From Eledone cirrhosa (taxonomy: Eukaryota): DNA of 64,000 nt. Under the pieces are notes generated by a model. The model was not told where the DNA came from. It made no database searches and saw only the letters and a list, made by a program, of their open reading frames with translations. Each line of letters begins with the position of its first letter. Within the stretch, counting starts at the first letter, position 1. The stretch lies in assembly GCA_964016885.1 (NCBI GenBank), contig OZ024742.1, forward strand, positions 138,508,001-138,572,000, given 5' to 3'. Position numbers and translations under genes: made by a program. Below, piece after piece: positions 1 to 12,527 of this stretch.

Positions 1-311
1 CACCATGCTATTTTGTTAAATATGTCCTCATTCGCAGAGAGCCTAGAAATTCTATGGAAAATAGATTTTACAATACATTTAAGAATAGAGGGGGTAGTTA
101 GAAAGTCTATTAATATTAGTTAGAATCTCCCCGAGTTTATGATTAGGACGGTAGAAATCTGTATCAAGGTCTAAAGTAGCATCTAGGAAATTAACGAATT
201 TGTGGTTCGATTCGATAGTGATATCCTCGTTTTGTTTCTCATCTATCTAGACTAAATTTTAACCTGTAATCCATGTTTCATTTCTGTCACACCTAATTTC
301 TCCCCCACCCT

Positions 312-453
<142 letters not shown>

Positions 454-573
454 GTGATATTTGAATCTACTCTGATTTGGGCTTACCTTACTCATATATA
501 TATATATGTTTTTGCATGTCAGTTAGATTCAAATTTACAAAGATTGGCATTGTATATATATATATGTGGATTT

Positions 574-633
574 TTTCATTCTGATGACTGAAAGCAAATT
601 TGTTTGCTTTCAAGAAACCACTGGTAAATGAAA
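574..633 (+). ncRNA. Type I hammerhead ribozyme motif
   Basis: tttcatt-CTGATGA-c tgaaagcaaa(tttg)tttgctttca a-GAA-acc act ggt-A-aatgaaa: 7-bp stem I, 10-bp stem II, short stem III, GUA cleavage triplet. Confidence 0.8.
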
Positions 634-658
634 TAATTATCTTATGTTGTTTATTACA

Positions 659-710
<52 letters not shown>

Positions 711-854
711 TGTAATAAACAATATAAGATAAGGAATTCATTTACCAGTGGATATATTATTTGTTTGTTAAAATAATTAACTTAAATTAATTCAACAGTT
801 AAACACACATAGGAATAATAAGGTTGTTACCAAAGAGCCAGAAGATTGACAATT

Positions 855-1300
855 CGACCCTAAATGTCACTAATAGCCCAAGGAAAGCCATGAACGACAC
901 CACATCTTTTTAACTTTGATTTTGAAAGTAGGTTTATAATTATTAATTTTCCTTATGTCTTTGTAGCTGTCTCGGCAGCCTAGTTGGATAAATCATAGAG
1001 GATGGTGATCCTGGCCTGAAGTTCGAGCCTCGTCGGGAGTAGGGTTCCCTGCAAACCTTTTCATTTTTTTTTACAATGGGATGTAAAATAAAATCTGAAA
1101 AAGATTACATGTACCGCTTGACCAGGATTGAACCGAAGACCAGGATCTCCTCCGTCTCTAGTACCTACCGCTAAGCCACTGAAACAACAACGAAATTCTA
1201 CTGAAAATTCACACTTATAAACCTACTTTCAAAATTTCAATACAAAATGATGTGGTGTCGTTCATGTCTTTCTTAATGTTATTGCTCCTACTTAAGGTCG
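855..1300. mobile_element. Fold-back element with two convergent tRNA-like Pol III units
   Basis: Inverted arms 881-939 and 1215-1274 (gaaagccatgaacgacaccacatc...gaaagtaggtttataa), extending loosely to 855/1300. tRNA-like units at 969-1040 (+) and 1112-1185 (-), each with A/B boxes and a downstream T-run. Confidence 0.6.
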
Positions 1301-1368
1301 ACTTCTAAACTACATTCTCGTTTTGTTCCATAAACTACATTCTCGTTTTGTTTCTCATCTATCTTGAC

Positions 1369-3718
1369 CAGGCATGTCAAACATACGGCCCTCACAAAGG
1401 TTTCTACAACAGGAACATGTTTTATCTTCGTAATATAACATTTTAAAAGATTTCGGTAGATTGTTTGTTTCTTTTGTTTTTTGTTTTTTGTGCGATTTTT
1501 ATTAACTACTTTTAACTTCCGGCGAATCACGCGCAGCTAATTAAGAGTTGTAAATAGAAAATTTTCTTTCAAAATTTCAAAAGTTTTTTTTTCTTTTTAA
1601 AATGGTTAGTGCTCCTCCAGCTAAGAGGAAAAAGGAATTACAGTATTTTTGCAGTGGGAATTACAGTACTTTTGCGCAACGGTGAACGGAAAGATGCACT
1701 GTTTAATTTGCAACATCTGAATCACCACGCCAAAAGTGTTTAATTTGAAAAGGCATGATGAAACGAACCATCGATTTTACGATAAATATGAAGGCCCAAT
1801 CAATACGTGTTGCAAGACTCAAGGAATTGAAGGCTAACTTGACACAGTAACATACCTATTTTATGTAAAATCAGGAAGAGAATGTCGTTTCCCTTACTGC
1901 AAGCTATGAGTTCAGCCAAATGATCGCCTTGAGTGGGAAATCTTACAGTGAAGGAGATTGTGTAAAGCAATGCCTTGTAAAAACAGCTGGAATTGTATGT
2001 CCAGAGAAAGCACAGTTATTCAAAGACATTTCATTAACCAGGAACACAGTTGCTGAGCGGATTGATGAAATGTCAGGTGAAGGCTGTATCATCAAGATTT
2101 CAACATGTTTCTATTGCTATTGATGAAACCGTTGACATCACTTGAATAGCACGGCTTGCATTCTTCATCAGAGCCCGTGACAGTGAATTTAATATTTATG
2201 AAGAACTGATTGAACTGGTCCCCATGCATGACTCTATAACAAGCCAGGACATCTTTGAGAAGGTCAAGCAGGTCCTGTATGACTATGGTTTTGATTTGAG
2301 TAACCTTGCATGCTTATCTACTGATGGAGCTGCGAATATGATTGACAGTCATAATGGTATTACTGCCAAGTTACGAACAAAAATATAAAACTCACATCCA
2401 GATTTATCATTTGCACATTTTCACTAATTATTCATCAGCAAAATTTGTGTTTAAAGATTTTAAAATTGCATCATGTGCTTATCTTCGTCACAAAGACAGT
2501 GAACTATATCAGAGGCAGTGCTCTCAACCGACGTCAGTTCAGCTAGTTGTTGGAAGATATGGATAATCAGTTCACCGATATTCCATTCTACACAGAAGTC
2601 TGCCGGTTATCATGTCACAAAGTACTGAAAAGATTCTATTTGTTGAGACAAGAAATAATTATGTTTTTGGAGATCAACGGTCAAAACACAGATGAAATAA
2701 AAGATGAAAGATGGCTCCAAGATCTGGCTTTTGCTGTGGATATTACTGCACAATTAACTGGTCTCTTAATTAAAAATTACAGGGTAAAAACAAACTCATC
2801 ACTCAGTGCTTCATTAGAAAACTAAGCTTATGGCAGTCACAGTTGTCAAATGAAAATTTAGTTCATTTTCCTACGTGCAAAGAGCTGAAAAACACTGCCA
2901 GTACTGATTCTGTACTTAGCTTTGCTAAGTATGACAGTCACCTGGAATTGTTGTCAAGGGAATTTCAGAAAAGATTTTGTGATTACTCATCGTTTGAACA
3001 TCAGTTTGTATTATTCGCAGCACCATTCACCTTTGATGTTGCCAAGGCAGAAGAAAGCCTGCAGATGGAACTATTGGAAACTCAGAGCAAAGTATCTTGA
3101 AGTGGGGATACCTGGTTTCTTTTCATACCTTCCTGAAAAGTTAAAAGACTTCAGAAAGTTTGCCACAATGATTATGGCAATGTTTCGTTCTACCTATGTG
3201 TGCGAACAGTTATTTTCCTTCATGAAATTAACAAAAACTTCTAGGAGATGACAAGTATTGATCAGCCTTGACTGATCAATACTTGTCATCTCTGATCAAA
3301 GTCGGAACTGTACAGACATTTTAGCCAGACATACCAAAAATTGTCAACAAAAAGAAGTGTCAAGCCTCAGGACAAAACACTTAAAATGGTTGAATAGTAG
3401 CAAATAAATGTTCAGTTTTGAACTGTTGTAATTTTTGTACAATGTATTTGTTGTTGTTGCAAGCTGCAAGTATATGTTGCCATTTAAAATGTTAGTCTTT
3501 TGTCAAACCACTTCATTACTTTGTATTCTCGAATGCTGCTAAAACATTTGTATGTACATTGTATATTTCTAAATTTAAGTAACAAATTTATCTGCAATAA
3601 ATTTTATTAAATGACTTTAATTAGTTGTAATGTGCACAATTAGTTGTCGTGTGCGGCCCTCAGACAACACATATATGACCCATGCGGCCCTTGCGAGATC
3701 CTCAGTTTGACATGCCTG
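1369..3718 (+). mobile_element. hAT DNA transposon, Charlie/Buster (SPIN-like) type, full length, degraded
   Basis: 14-bp TIRs caggcatgtcaaac / gtttgacatgcctg. 8-bp TSD atcttgac / atctagaa (6/8 match; NTCTAGAN-type target typical of Charlie elements). Internal transposase fragments. Confidence 0.92.
1602..3384 (+). pseudogene. Disrupted hAT transposase (GTF2IRD2/EPM2AIP1-like family)
   Basis: Fragments 'KSYSEGDCVKQCL...ISLTRNTVAERI', 'WLQDLAFAVDITAQL', 'MFRSTYVCEQLFSFMK' (hAT C-terminal dimerisation motif); several stops and frameshifts. Confidence 0.88.
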
Positions 3719-4213
3719 ATCTAGAATACACGTGCTAATTCGACCAATATCAGAAGTAGAAGGGCTAATAATTCTAACAGAGGGGTTATCAAAAAAAGTT
3801 GCATTTATAGTCTTTCAGAGAGAACCTAGGGGTCATAGATTTATAGGGGGTCAGTGTATTTATCAATATCTAAATCTTTCACAATAGCCTTAGCTTTATC
3901 ATTAATTTCATTCGGGGTGGATAGGTAAGTGTAGTAATGAGGCAAGGTCTAAGTTGAGAGTCATACATAGGTGTGAAAAAATAGAGTGAAGAAGAAAAGG
4001 AAAGACTAAAAACATTTCACTAGCGGAACATGTGCCTAATAATGTGACTTCTTACACTCTGGTATAGCTAGCTTGGCCATTAAATATGATAATCATACTT
4101 TTCGTTTCTTCTATCGTTATCTTACCCATTATTTTATATTATGTGATAATATATTTCGGTATTGTATTCTCTATAATAGGGTTGTCCTTCCAGTTCCTAT
4201 AACCATACACATC

Positions 4214-4253
4214 CCGAGCTGAAGATCCGCGAAGGTGAAACAATTGTTCTCAG
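4214..4253 (+). ncRNA. Minimal type I hammerhead motif
   Basis: gag-CTGAAGA-tcc(gcgaa)ggt-GAA-acaattgt-T-ctc: palindromic stem III, short stems I and II, just upstream of a (TA)n run. Confidence 0.6.
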
Positions 4254-4280
4254 TATGGTGACTAACTGTTGTGTAACCAC

Positions 4281-4348
<68 letters not shown>

Positions 4349-4350
<2 letters not shown>

Positions 4351-4545
4351 GAAAAAGTATGACCCCGACGGCAGAGCTCAAGCCGTTTCGACGGCTATTT
4401 CAGTCCAGAAATAGCCGTCGAAACGGCTTGGGACCTGCCGTCGGGGTCATACTTTTTCCTATTTCCCACTCTACTACTATAAGTATTGAGTACTGTGGTG
4501 CGTTATGGTCCACCTGGTTCCTTACCACATTTCCTTTGTTATATA
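4349..4545. repeat. 112-bp hairpin (4349-4460) plus tail of a dispersed repeat family
   Basis: aggaaaaagtatgaccccgacggcag...ctgccgtcggggtcatactttttcct. Same core and tail recur at 22141-22177, ~22540-22610 and 48690-48825. Confidence 0.8.
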
Positions 4546-5227
4546 TATTATAAATATTTATATATATATACAATAAAGTATGTCCATAGAATCATTTGAT
4601 AAAATATATACACCATTTCCTATCCCAATCAGCATAATCAACCACACAAAAAAACAATTAAACCAGGCTATAAGATTAAAAGACACCTATGAAGAAATAA
4701 TAGATAAATAAACGACAGCTATCTATTCGCGATCAACAGCCATAGAATATTTACCCTGCATTTCCAATAGCACGTGGGAATCGATTAAATATATCGTCAA
4801 CCATACACAATTAGGTATAAAATCAAAGTTAAAAGAAAAAATGTATATAAACATACCAACATTACGTTTCTACCCCATGGGATTTCATTCGCTTTTGGAA
4901 ATATCCGATCAAGGATAAATTCACGAGCTTCGAAATCATCAGGAAACAAACTCACTTGGATGAACATTTTTCTTAAATGATCCCCGTCAGAAACGAATTC
5001 AAAATGGCTAAGAACTGTGACGTGGCAGTGGAAAGAACTGTGACGTCAGAAAGAATGTGATTGGAGCCTTACGGTGAGTGTGCTGGTTGCTAGAAAGCGC
5101 AGCCTAATATTGCGTAAATTGCATCTCAACCATATGGGAGATTAGCAAATATAAAGATTTACATATACACAAACTAGTCTGTGTATATGTAAATCTTTAT
5201 ATATATATGTATATATATATATATAAT

Positions 5228-5671
5228 AAAATAAAAATTCGCTCTACATGGCTGAATACAATAAATGTAATCTGAGTTTTTCTAATATTAATAATAACAT
5301 TCGATTCGTTTGCAATTATGCAAAAATGCCTCAATTTTATAGCCATGTCAGTAGAATGAACACTTCATTCTCGCTCTTATGTTGGCATGCGAACAGAACT
5401 GCAGATACTAATGTTTCTGGGTATCACCCTTCATCAGTACAGCTCACTGTTCACCTGCCAAACTGTCAGAGCTAGTGAGAATATATGCTATTTTCAAAAG
5501 TACACAGTGACTGATCGGCCTCATTTGCATATTAGTAGACTGGCTGATCAGTCAGATCTGCATATTAGCAGATCCAAGCTGAACAGTGAGCTGTACTAAT
5601 GAAGGTTCGCATGCCAACATAAGAGCAAGAATGAAGTGTTCATTCTACTGACATGGCTATAAAATTGAGGC
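5228..5671. repeat. Dispersed repeat with internal inverted duplication
   Basis: 5336-5394 is inverted at 5605-5665; the same modules occur in a different order at ~49815-50312. Confidence 0.75.
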
Positions 5672-6239
5672 TTGTTTGCATATATATATATAAGAATTTA
5701 TGTATATCAACGTTATAATTACACGAAAAGTTGATAAGAAAATGAAATAGATAAAGAAGCAGACAGCAGGGGACATCGAGGCTCGGAGAGTCTTCCAGAG
5801 AGTAGGACAGGAGAAGAAGAGCGAGAAATAAGTGACAAACATGAAATGAATCTAAGTGTTATGCTGATCCACTAATTAGTATCATGATTCACTGTGTTGT
5901 CGGGAATCAGAATCAAGAACGTGGTAAATCACATCGACAAATACGGAATGAATTTAGATATCATATCACACTTCCTGTTAATTTGCTCTAGCATTCATCA
6001 CGTATTCAACTGTCTGAAATGTTGTTCCATCACATCTGTTACTGTCCTACTAACGAGGACAATATTCTCGTATAAAATGGCAATTATTGTATATAGCTTC
6101 AATCAGTCAAGACACACACAACAACATCAGTAAAATGGAGGGAAAAATTGATACAAATATGAAACACCAACCATATTGCTTCAACAACATCTTCAAACGA
6201 AAAAGAACAACGAAGATGAAAAAGGAACAACTGAAATAA

Positions 6240-7410
6240 ATTGGAGAAATTGCCTGGCAAATATAATGGTTTCTAAAATAGCCATACGATCAACAATTTA
6301 TTTGGAATTGTATTTACTAGTATAGTGAGTTATGTAACTACCCTTGCAAACAAGACCTGGCAACCGAGGGAAAGTAACCATCAATACACCCTGAAGTGGA
6401 AAAAATTATCGAACGCGCCCCCATGTCGGAGTGGTCGATTATGCGACCTTGAGCTGTTCCACATCTTAAGTTCGAAGAATAGGTTACTCAACAATAAAAT
6501 CGAGAGATCAATTTATTGTAACCATAGACCCAAAGAGAAGTTTTCGCACTATAAATCGAACCCTTAACCTCTTACTACCAACTGACAAACTGCATATACT
6601 TAGACTTTATACTCTCTTATATCTAAACCCTTTAATTACCCACAAAACCAATACATATATCCCCCTCTTCTCCCTCATTCCTCTTCTATTTCATCGTTTT
6701 CTATCTTCCTTCGTTCTCTCCCCTTCTTGGCTATATTTTCTTTTCTTCTTTCTAACCCCATGCTTTGCTTTTATTTTTGTCATTATTATCTTTATTTTTT
6801 ATATATATATATATATTTATCTCTTTATATCCCCCCCTCTCTCTCTCCCTCTCTGTCCATCCCTCCCACTATGATCAATTTAATTCTCTTTAACTCACTA
6901 CACTCCACGACATGAAGTCTGCTATCAAAACTGACCAAAGAATCCTTCCACCTCTACCCCTCCCTCCATCTCAGTTTGTCACTGTACTTCCTACCCCTTC
7001 CCCTTCCTCTCTCTCTATACTATTCCGTCTGTCCCCTCACCTCCTGATTCCTCTCTCTCTATACTAGTAAATACAATTCCAAATAAATGTTTTTCTCTAT
7101 ATATTAAGAATTATTTCAAGAGTAACTTACTATTTTGAAAATTTGGACTGTGAACAACAATTATAATTGAGTGGCTGCTATTTGCAGTATAGCAATATAA
7201 GGTTGCACTTACCAATGAAACGGTCGTAAATACCTGGATAAAATCCTTTTCTTAATGCTTACCTGTGTTTTCTCATTTATACTTTATACTCCAAGATTGA
7301 ACGGAATTCTTACAAACTTGTGGAGTTACCCCTAACCGTACGTTGAAACCATCCATGAAACTGGCTTTCTTAACCAAAAACTGGATCACAATAAGCAATG
7401 TTTTGCTTCT

Positions 7411-7415
<5 letters not shown>
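6240..7415 (+). mobile_element. Penelope-like element 3' fragment (GIY-YIG C-terminus plus 3' region)
   Basis: ORF 6325-6567 'YTLKWKKLSNAPP..GRLCDLELFHIL..LLNNKIE..YCNHR' resembles the PLE endonuclease tail. Degenerate HHR-like segment at ~7165-7230; ends in (TA)n. Confidence 0.7.
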
Positions 7416-7507
<92 letters not shown>

Positions 7508-7537
7508 AAAGAATAGAGGTGTAACACACAAGTTATT

Positions 7538-8048
7538 ATATATTGGTAAACGGAATAGAAATTGCTGACAAATTGTTCACAGTGAAAAATAGTTTAATTA
7601 GGAATAAGTGAGAATTAGTAATTGTATTGGTTAGTATTCAGTTTTGGTTTTAAGTTTTACCGGTTGCGCATTTCTAATGCTTTTCAAAAATAATTTTGAG
7701 ATAGAGCGTCCGTGATGTTTGCTCTGATCTGATTAGTTTTTGGAATTCTACCTGTTTTTATGTTAAAAAAAGTGGCTCCAGCGGTATTAAAATAAATTTT
7801 GCGCCAATTCGTGTTGCAAAAATTCTTGTCGTCAAAACAATTTTGATTGGTCGGTAGAGGTCCTGTGAATGTAAAAAATTGATTTTGCGCCAAATGTAGG
7901 TTTGTGTCGGCTGACTGAGAAATGACTCTTTCACAACAAATATGTGTGTGTGTGTGTAGTAGTAGTAAAGTGTTCGTTGTTGTGATAATGGTCAGCAGGG
8001 TTGTGTGTGCGAACCGCAGCCTGTTGACAGTTCAAATGCCTATTAAGA

Positions 8049-8103
<55 letters not shown>

Positions 8104-8212
8104 CAGAGTAATTTGTGGTAGAGGGATGGTCAGTAGGAATGTGTCTGTAAGTGAGTGGGGGATATTTTAACATGTTAAAAGATATTTTTCAGCTCTTGTC
8201 TTATACGGAGAA

Positions 8213-8244
<32 letters not shown>

Positions 8245-8283
8245 CTCTTTGTATGTTAATGTACGCGTGTGTATGTGTGTGTG

Positions 8284-8338
<55 letters not shown>

Positions 8339-8476
8339 ACCAGTATTTTTTTCGTGGTAAAATGGTGTACATTATTCGATATTTTCAGTAAAAACGATTC
8401 TCTCAATAGAACATCAAAAACCTTAATAATAAAAGGTGTGAAATGATATATAGTATTGGCATAATACCAAGGTGTA

Positions 8477-8507
<31 letters not shown>

Positions 8508-8925
8508 CCAGATTGTACGTACTTAAAGGGAATCCCTTAGGCCTTGCCGTATTGGAATACCTGTGCACAAATATGTATCTGGAGTGTGTCCAGAAATTGT
8601 ATACCTACCGACCAATCAAAATTGTTTTGACCACAAGAATTTTTTGCAACACGAATTGGCGCAACATTTATTTTAATACCGCTGGAGCCACTTTTTTAAC
8701 ATAAAAACAGGTAGAATTCCCAAAACTAATCAGATCAGAGCAAACAACACGGACGCTCTATCTCAAAATTATTTTTGAAAAGCATTAGAAATGCGCAACC
8801 GGTAAAACTTAAAACCAAAACTGAATACTAACCAATACAATTACTAATTCTCACTTATTCCTAATTAAACTATTTTTCACTGTGAACAATTTGTCAGCAA
8901 TTTCTATTCCGTTTACCAATATATA
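7538..8925. repeat. Large inverted repeat, ~320-bp arms around a (GT)n-rich spacer
   Basis: 7538-7857 is nearly identical to the reverse complement of 8605-8925; both outer ends lie near (TA)n. Arms carry a decayed HHR-like motif (aattg-CTGACAA-attg ttca cagt-GAAA). Confidence 0.9.
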
Positions 8926-9742
8926 TATATATATTTATATCATATATATATAGATGAATAACCGTATATGTGTATATATATATGTGTGTATATGAATAAG
9001 CGTATATGTATATATACGCTTATTCACACACACACAAACACACATACAAACAGACATACACTATATATAGCTTAATGTGTTGTAACTTTATGTTACTTTT
9101 GGTTCACCAACTTGATTACTCGATGCGTAGGTGAGTCCGTTTAATTATAGTACGTGGTGTTATACTATGGGTCGGTTTTCTTTATAAGCAGAATGTAATA
9201 TCAATAATAAATATGCACAAGGTGTCAGAGTATCATCATACGTTTATTCAGGTGTGACGTGCGTTTCGCTATTGATCAGCTCAAGTTTCGATCTGTAGCC
9301 CACATCATTAACGAACAAGGAGCCTATAGATTTTAGAATGAGGAGAGTGTCATACAAAATCATTTCAGGTAGTTATTCGTATTCCTTTAAATTTTGTGAC
9401 ATACTAAATTTTGTGACATACTTTTGTGACGGTACTAATCAATATTGGCAGAGTATATTATGTGCACTAAATCCCGAACTTGTAACTTTGTGTCTATGAT
9501 GTAAATTGTTATACAAATTATAGAGTGAGTGTTTACGCCATATGGATTCTAAATTTTCACATGTTGAGTTCCAATATCACTGCGATTGATATTTACTTTT
9601 ACGGAGGTTGACAAAATGTATTGGCTCGTGTTGACATTAATGTATTGGCTCGTGTCAATTATTTATTCTCATACTCGCAAAACCTTTTTGTGATGACACA
9701 TAAGGGAAGCATGAATTTTTTTACGTGGTATTTCCTTTAATA

Positions 9743-9957
9743 TTTGGTTGATGCAAAATGAACGACCGCTTTTATTTTTAATTAATTTAATTAACAACCG
9801 CTGACATTTTTTTTTTTTTCAGAATAATATTTCTTCTACAACAATGCGATTAGGCTCCAGAATGAACATTTAAACATATTTTGATTGTAGTTTGGTATTG
9901 TCTTGTAGAATAAATTTAGAACCAATAAAAACGGTCGTTAATTTTGCATCAACTTAA
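9743..9957. mobile_element. Mariner-type MITE
   Basis: TA-flanked ~34-bp imperfect TIRs (tttggttgatgcaaaatgaacgaccgcttttatt / aataaaaacggtcgttaattttgcatcaacttaa) resembling MADE1/Hsmar-type ends. Confidence 0.7.
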
Positions 9958-10340
9958 TATTTTTCTATTGTGCTGATTTGAAGTCGGAGTAATGAAATAA
10001 TTGAAAATCGTATAATGTGTTTTGCTAATCGTTCCTCTTTATCAAATGGAAGCAAGTCAACCCCCTTATTCACAAAACCATAACGGATTGGATTTTTTTT
10101 TAAGCTTGTTAGATGGTACGAGTGCCGTACAAAAAAGTGAGCTATCTCGAAATGTCAAATGTAGATTGAAAGCTGTTTTTACACTAACAGTAGAATTTCC
10201 CCTTAGAAATAGTAGTATCAACATATTCAATTTCCCTCATCTGTTTATTGATTCAATCAAATATATAACTCTTTTTCGGAAGTTATCATTGAATCTCGTC
10301 ATGAAAATATGAAATGAAAACTATGCAGATCATGTATAAT

Positions 10341-10525
10341 TGTTTCTACGTTTGGCACAAGGCCAGCAATTAACCAGTGCATTACTGGTACTTTATTTTA
10401 TAGACCCCGTAAGGATGAAAGGCAAAGTTACCCTTGGCTGGATTTGAACTCAGAATGGCAAAGGCCGTAACTCTATGCGTCAAAGCATGGCGTCCGACCC
10501 TCTACCGATACTGCCAATCCACCAC
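10341..10525 (-). mobile_element. tRNA-derived SINE
   Basis: A box TGGCAGTATCGG, B box GAGTTCAAATCC, central ctttcatccttacggggtc domain; 15-bp TSD cagatcatgtataat at 10326-10340 and 10526-10540. Confidence 0.92.
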
Positions 10526-11645
10526 CAGATCATGTATAATGAAACATGATATAACACAATAATTAACAATGGAATATCTTACAATAAAAAATGTCATAAT
10601 GGATCATCTTTTTTAATAAGGATGAAAATCATGAATTTAACATCTAGAGTAAACATCACTAGTTCATATATCGAATTGCAGCGTTGAAATATATACTTTG
10701 ACGCTGTTTAATATACTTTATGTGGAATCAGCTACAGGCAGATTGTTAAAAGCGACAAAATGAATAGACATTTTTATATACCTCCACAACATTGTACCGA
10801 GAGAGGTATCAAAATTAATCCAATGATTAAAAATTTCGTAGCTTTGATTATAGGATCTCAGCAATGCTTTATAAATGGGCAACGGTACATCAAAGCTGTA
10901 AGATCGTTTAAATCTTTGTATCTTTCTCGTATTTCAGTTAATCATAGCATCTATCTGAAAATAAGATCAAATAACGATTTTACTAAGCTGAGGATTATGT
11001 TCTTTTTCTGATTTATTCTCTCATTCATTGGGAATTAAATGTTTACTTTACTATAAAATCGACAGAGCCAATTTCAGAAATCAATGCCATTCTTCACAAA
11101 ATAAATAATTAGTAAAACAGTATCACTGAATTAATATATATTTTTAAACCGATCAGAAATATGACTACTGATATAAAATAGACAGGGCATTCTGTATATT
11201 TCAATATCAGTAAATTTGGAATTTGTATGAAATGTTTCATATTAAATTACAATGAATTTTTGATGTGTATTTTTTAGAGCCTGAGTTGTCAGTTGCACTA
11301 ACTTCTTTTGGCAGCTCTGATAGACAATTATTTCTAGGATATTTTATTCATGGTACTTGAGTTGAGAAATATATTCAAGTGGTTTCGATAGTCTAAAATG
11401 GCATTAGTATATATCAGGTTTCATTTGTCTCGGGAATTACAAAAGTATAACTTGAAATATATATATGCCAGACGATGCGGTTCTGTATATATCTCTGAAC
11501 AAAGTTAGAATGTGTAATAGTATTTCAAGCTTGTTGTTAGATTGTTTTAAGATTCTTTTAACAATTACTAAAAGAAAGCGTCGGTTGCAAGTAAATATAT
11601 TGGAACTATGTCAAAGGTGATTTTTTTTATGCTTTCCTCTGCCAT

Positions 11646-11830
11646 TTAGCAGTATCGGTAGAGGGTCGGACACCATGCTTTGCAGCATACAGTTGCGGCC
11701 CTTTACGGTCTCATATCAAATCCCGCCGAGGTTAACTTTGCCTTTCATCCTTACGGGGTCGATAAAATAAAGCACCTGTAATACATTGGATTAATTGCTG
11801 GTCTTGTGCCAAAAGTAGAAACAATTATTA
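11646..11830 (+). mobile_element. tRNA-derived SINE
   Basis: Same consensus as other copies, ending ggtcttgtgccaaaagtagaaacaattatta. Confidence 0.9.
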
Positions 11831-12527
11831 CAAAGTTATAAACACCATCTATGAATTGTTAAATATGAGTTCATGTACTACACCAACTCATAACCTCAGT
11901 ATCTTACCTGACGTCAGTAAACGGTATGAATCATGGATTGCAGCTAGTAACTTTTCCCCAGCCGAAGCAGATTTCCCGCCTGGTGGGGATCGATAATTGA
12001 GTAGAATCCACTGGAGATATGGATACCAATCACCAATGATAGGTTCCCATGCAGATAAGGCACGCTTCGTGGTTTGAACAGCTTATTCGGCTTGTGGATG
12101 GTAAGTAGGGACTATGTTGAAAAATAAACCTCATTTGATCATTCCATGAGAGTTACTTGGTCAGCCTATGAACCTTGCAGCCGACGGTTAAGGTAGAAAG
12201 TAGTACAGACACTGTACCTGTATAGTCAGGTCACTCTCCTACAATGGAAATGTGTAAATATTTTCTGCATCATTACCGAAATCATTAACTGTTGAAATAA
12301 TTCTAAAGAAAGAAACACTTCGACACTCGGCTACAGCACTGAATAAATGTTCAAATTTGCACAAATAAATGGAGATTAAAACAACAAAAATGTATAAGTA
12401 CATAATTAATTAATTAAATAAATAAAAATAAATCATTTAAAAAACCTAAAACGTCGTATATCTAATACTTTGCTGACGCACGTGCTTGTGATGTTTACTT
12501 ATAACAACTAACACCATTATCGTCAAC

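Noticed and set aside
969-1185. Possible true tRNA genes
   Set aside because: A and B boxes are present but I could not fold a proper anticodon arm or cloverleaf; kept only as tRNA-like units.
4600-5150. Possible additional PLE endonuclease tail ('KSKLKEKMYINIP')
   Set aside because: Similarity too short and degraded to call.
9250-9310. HHR-like gct..agc GAAAC gcac GTC on the minus strand
   Set aside because: The CTGAnGA half and the 5' strand of stem I are missing; at most a broken remnant.
11880-12260. GC-richer block resembling a retroelement UTR
   Set aside because: No tail, TSD, second copy in the window or coding motif to classify it.
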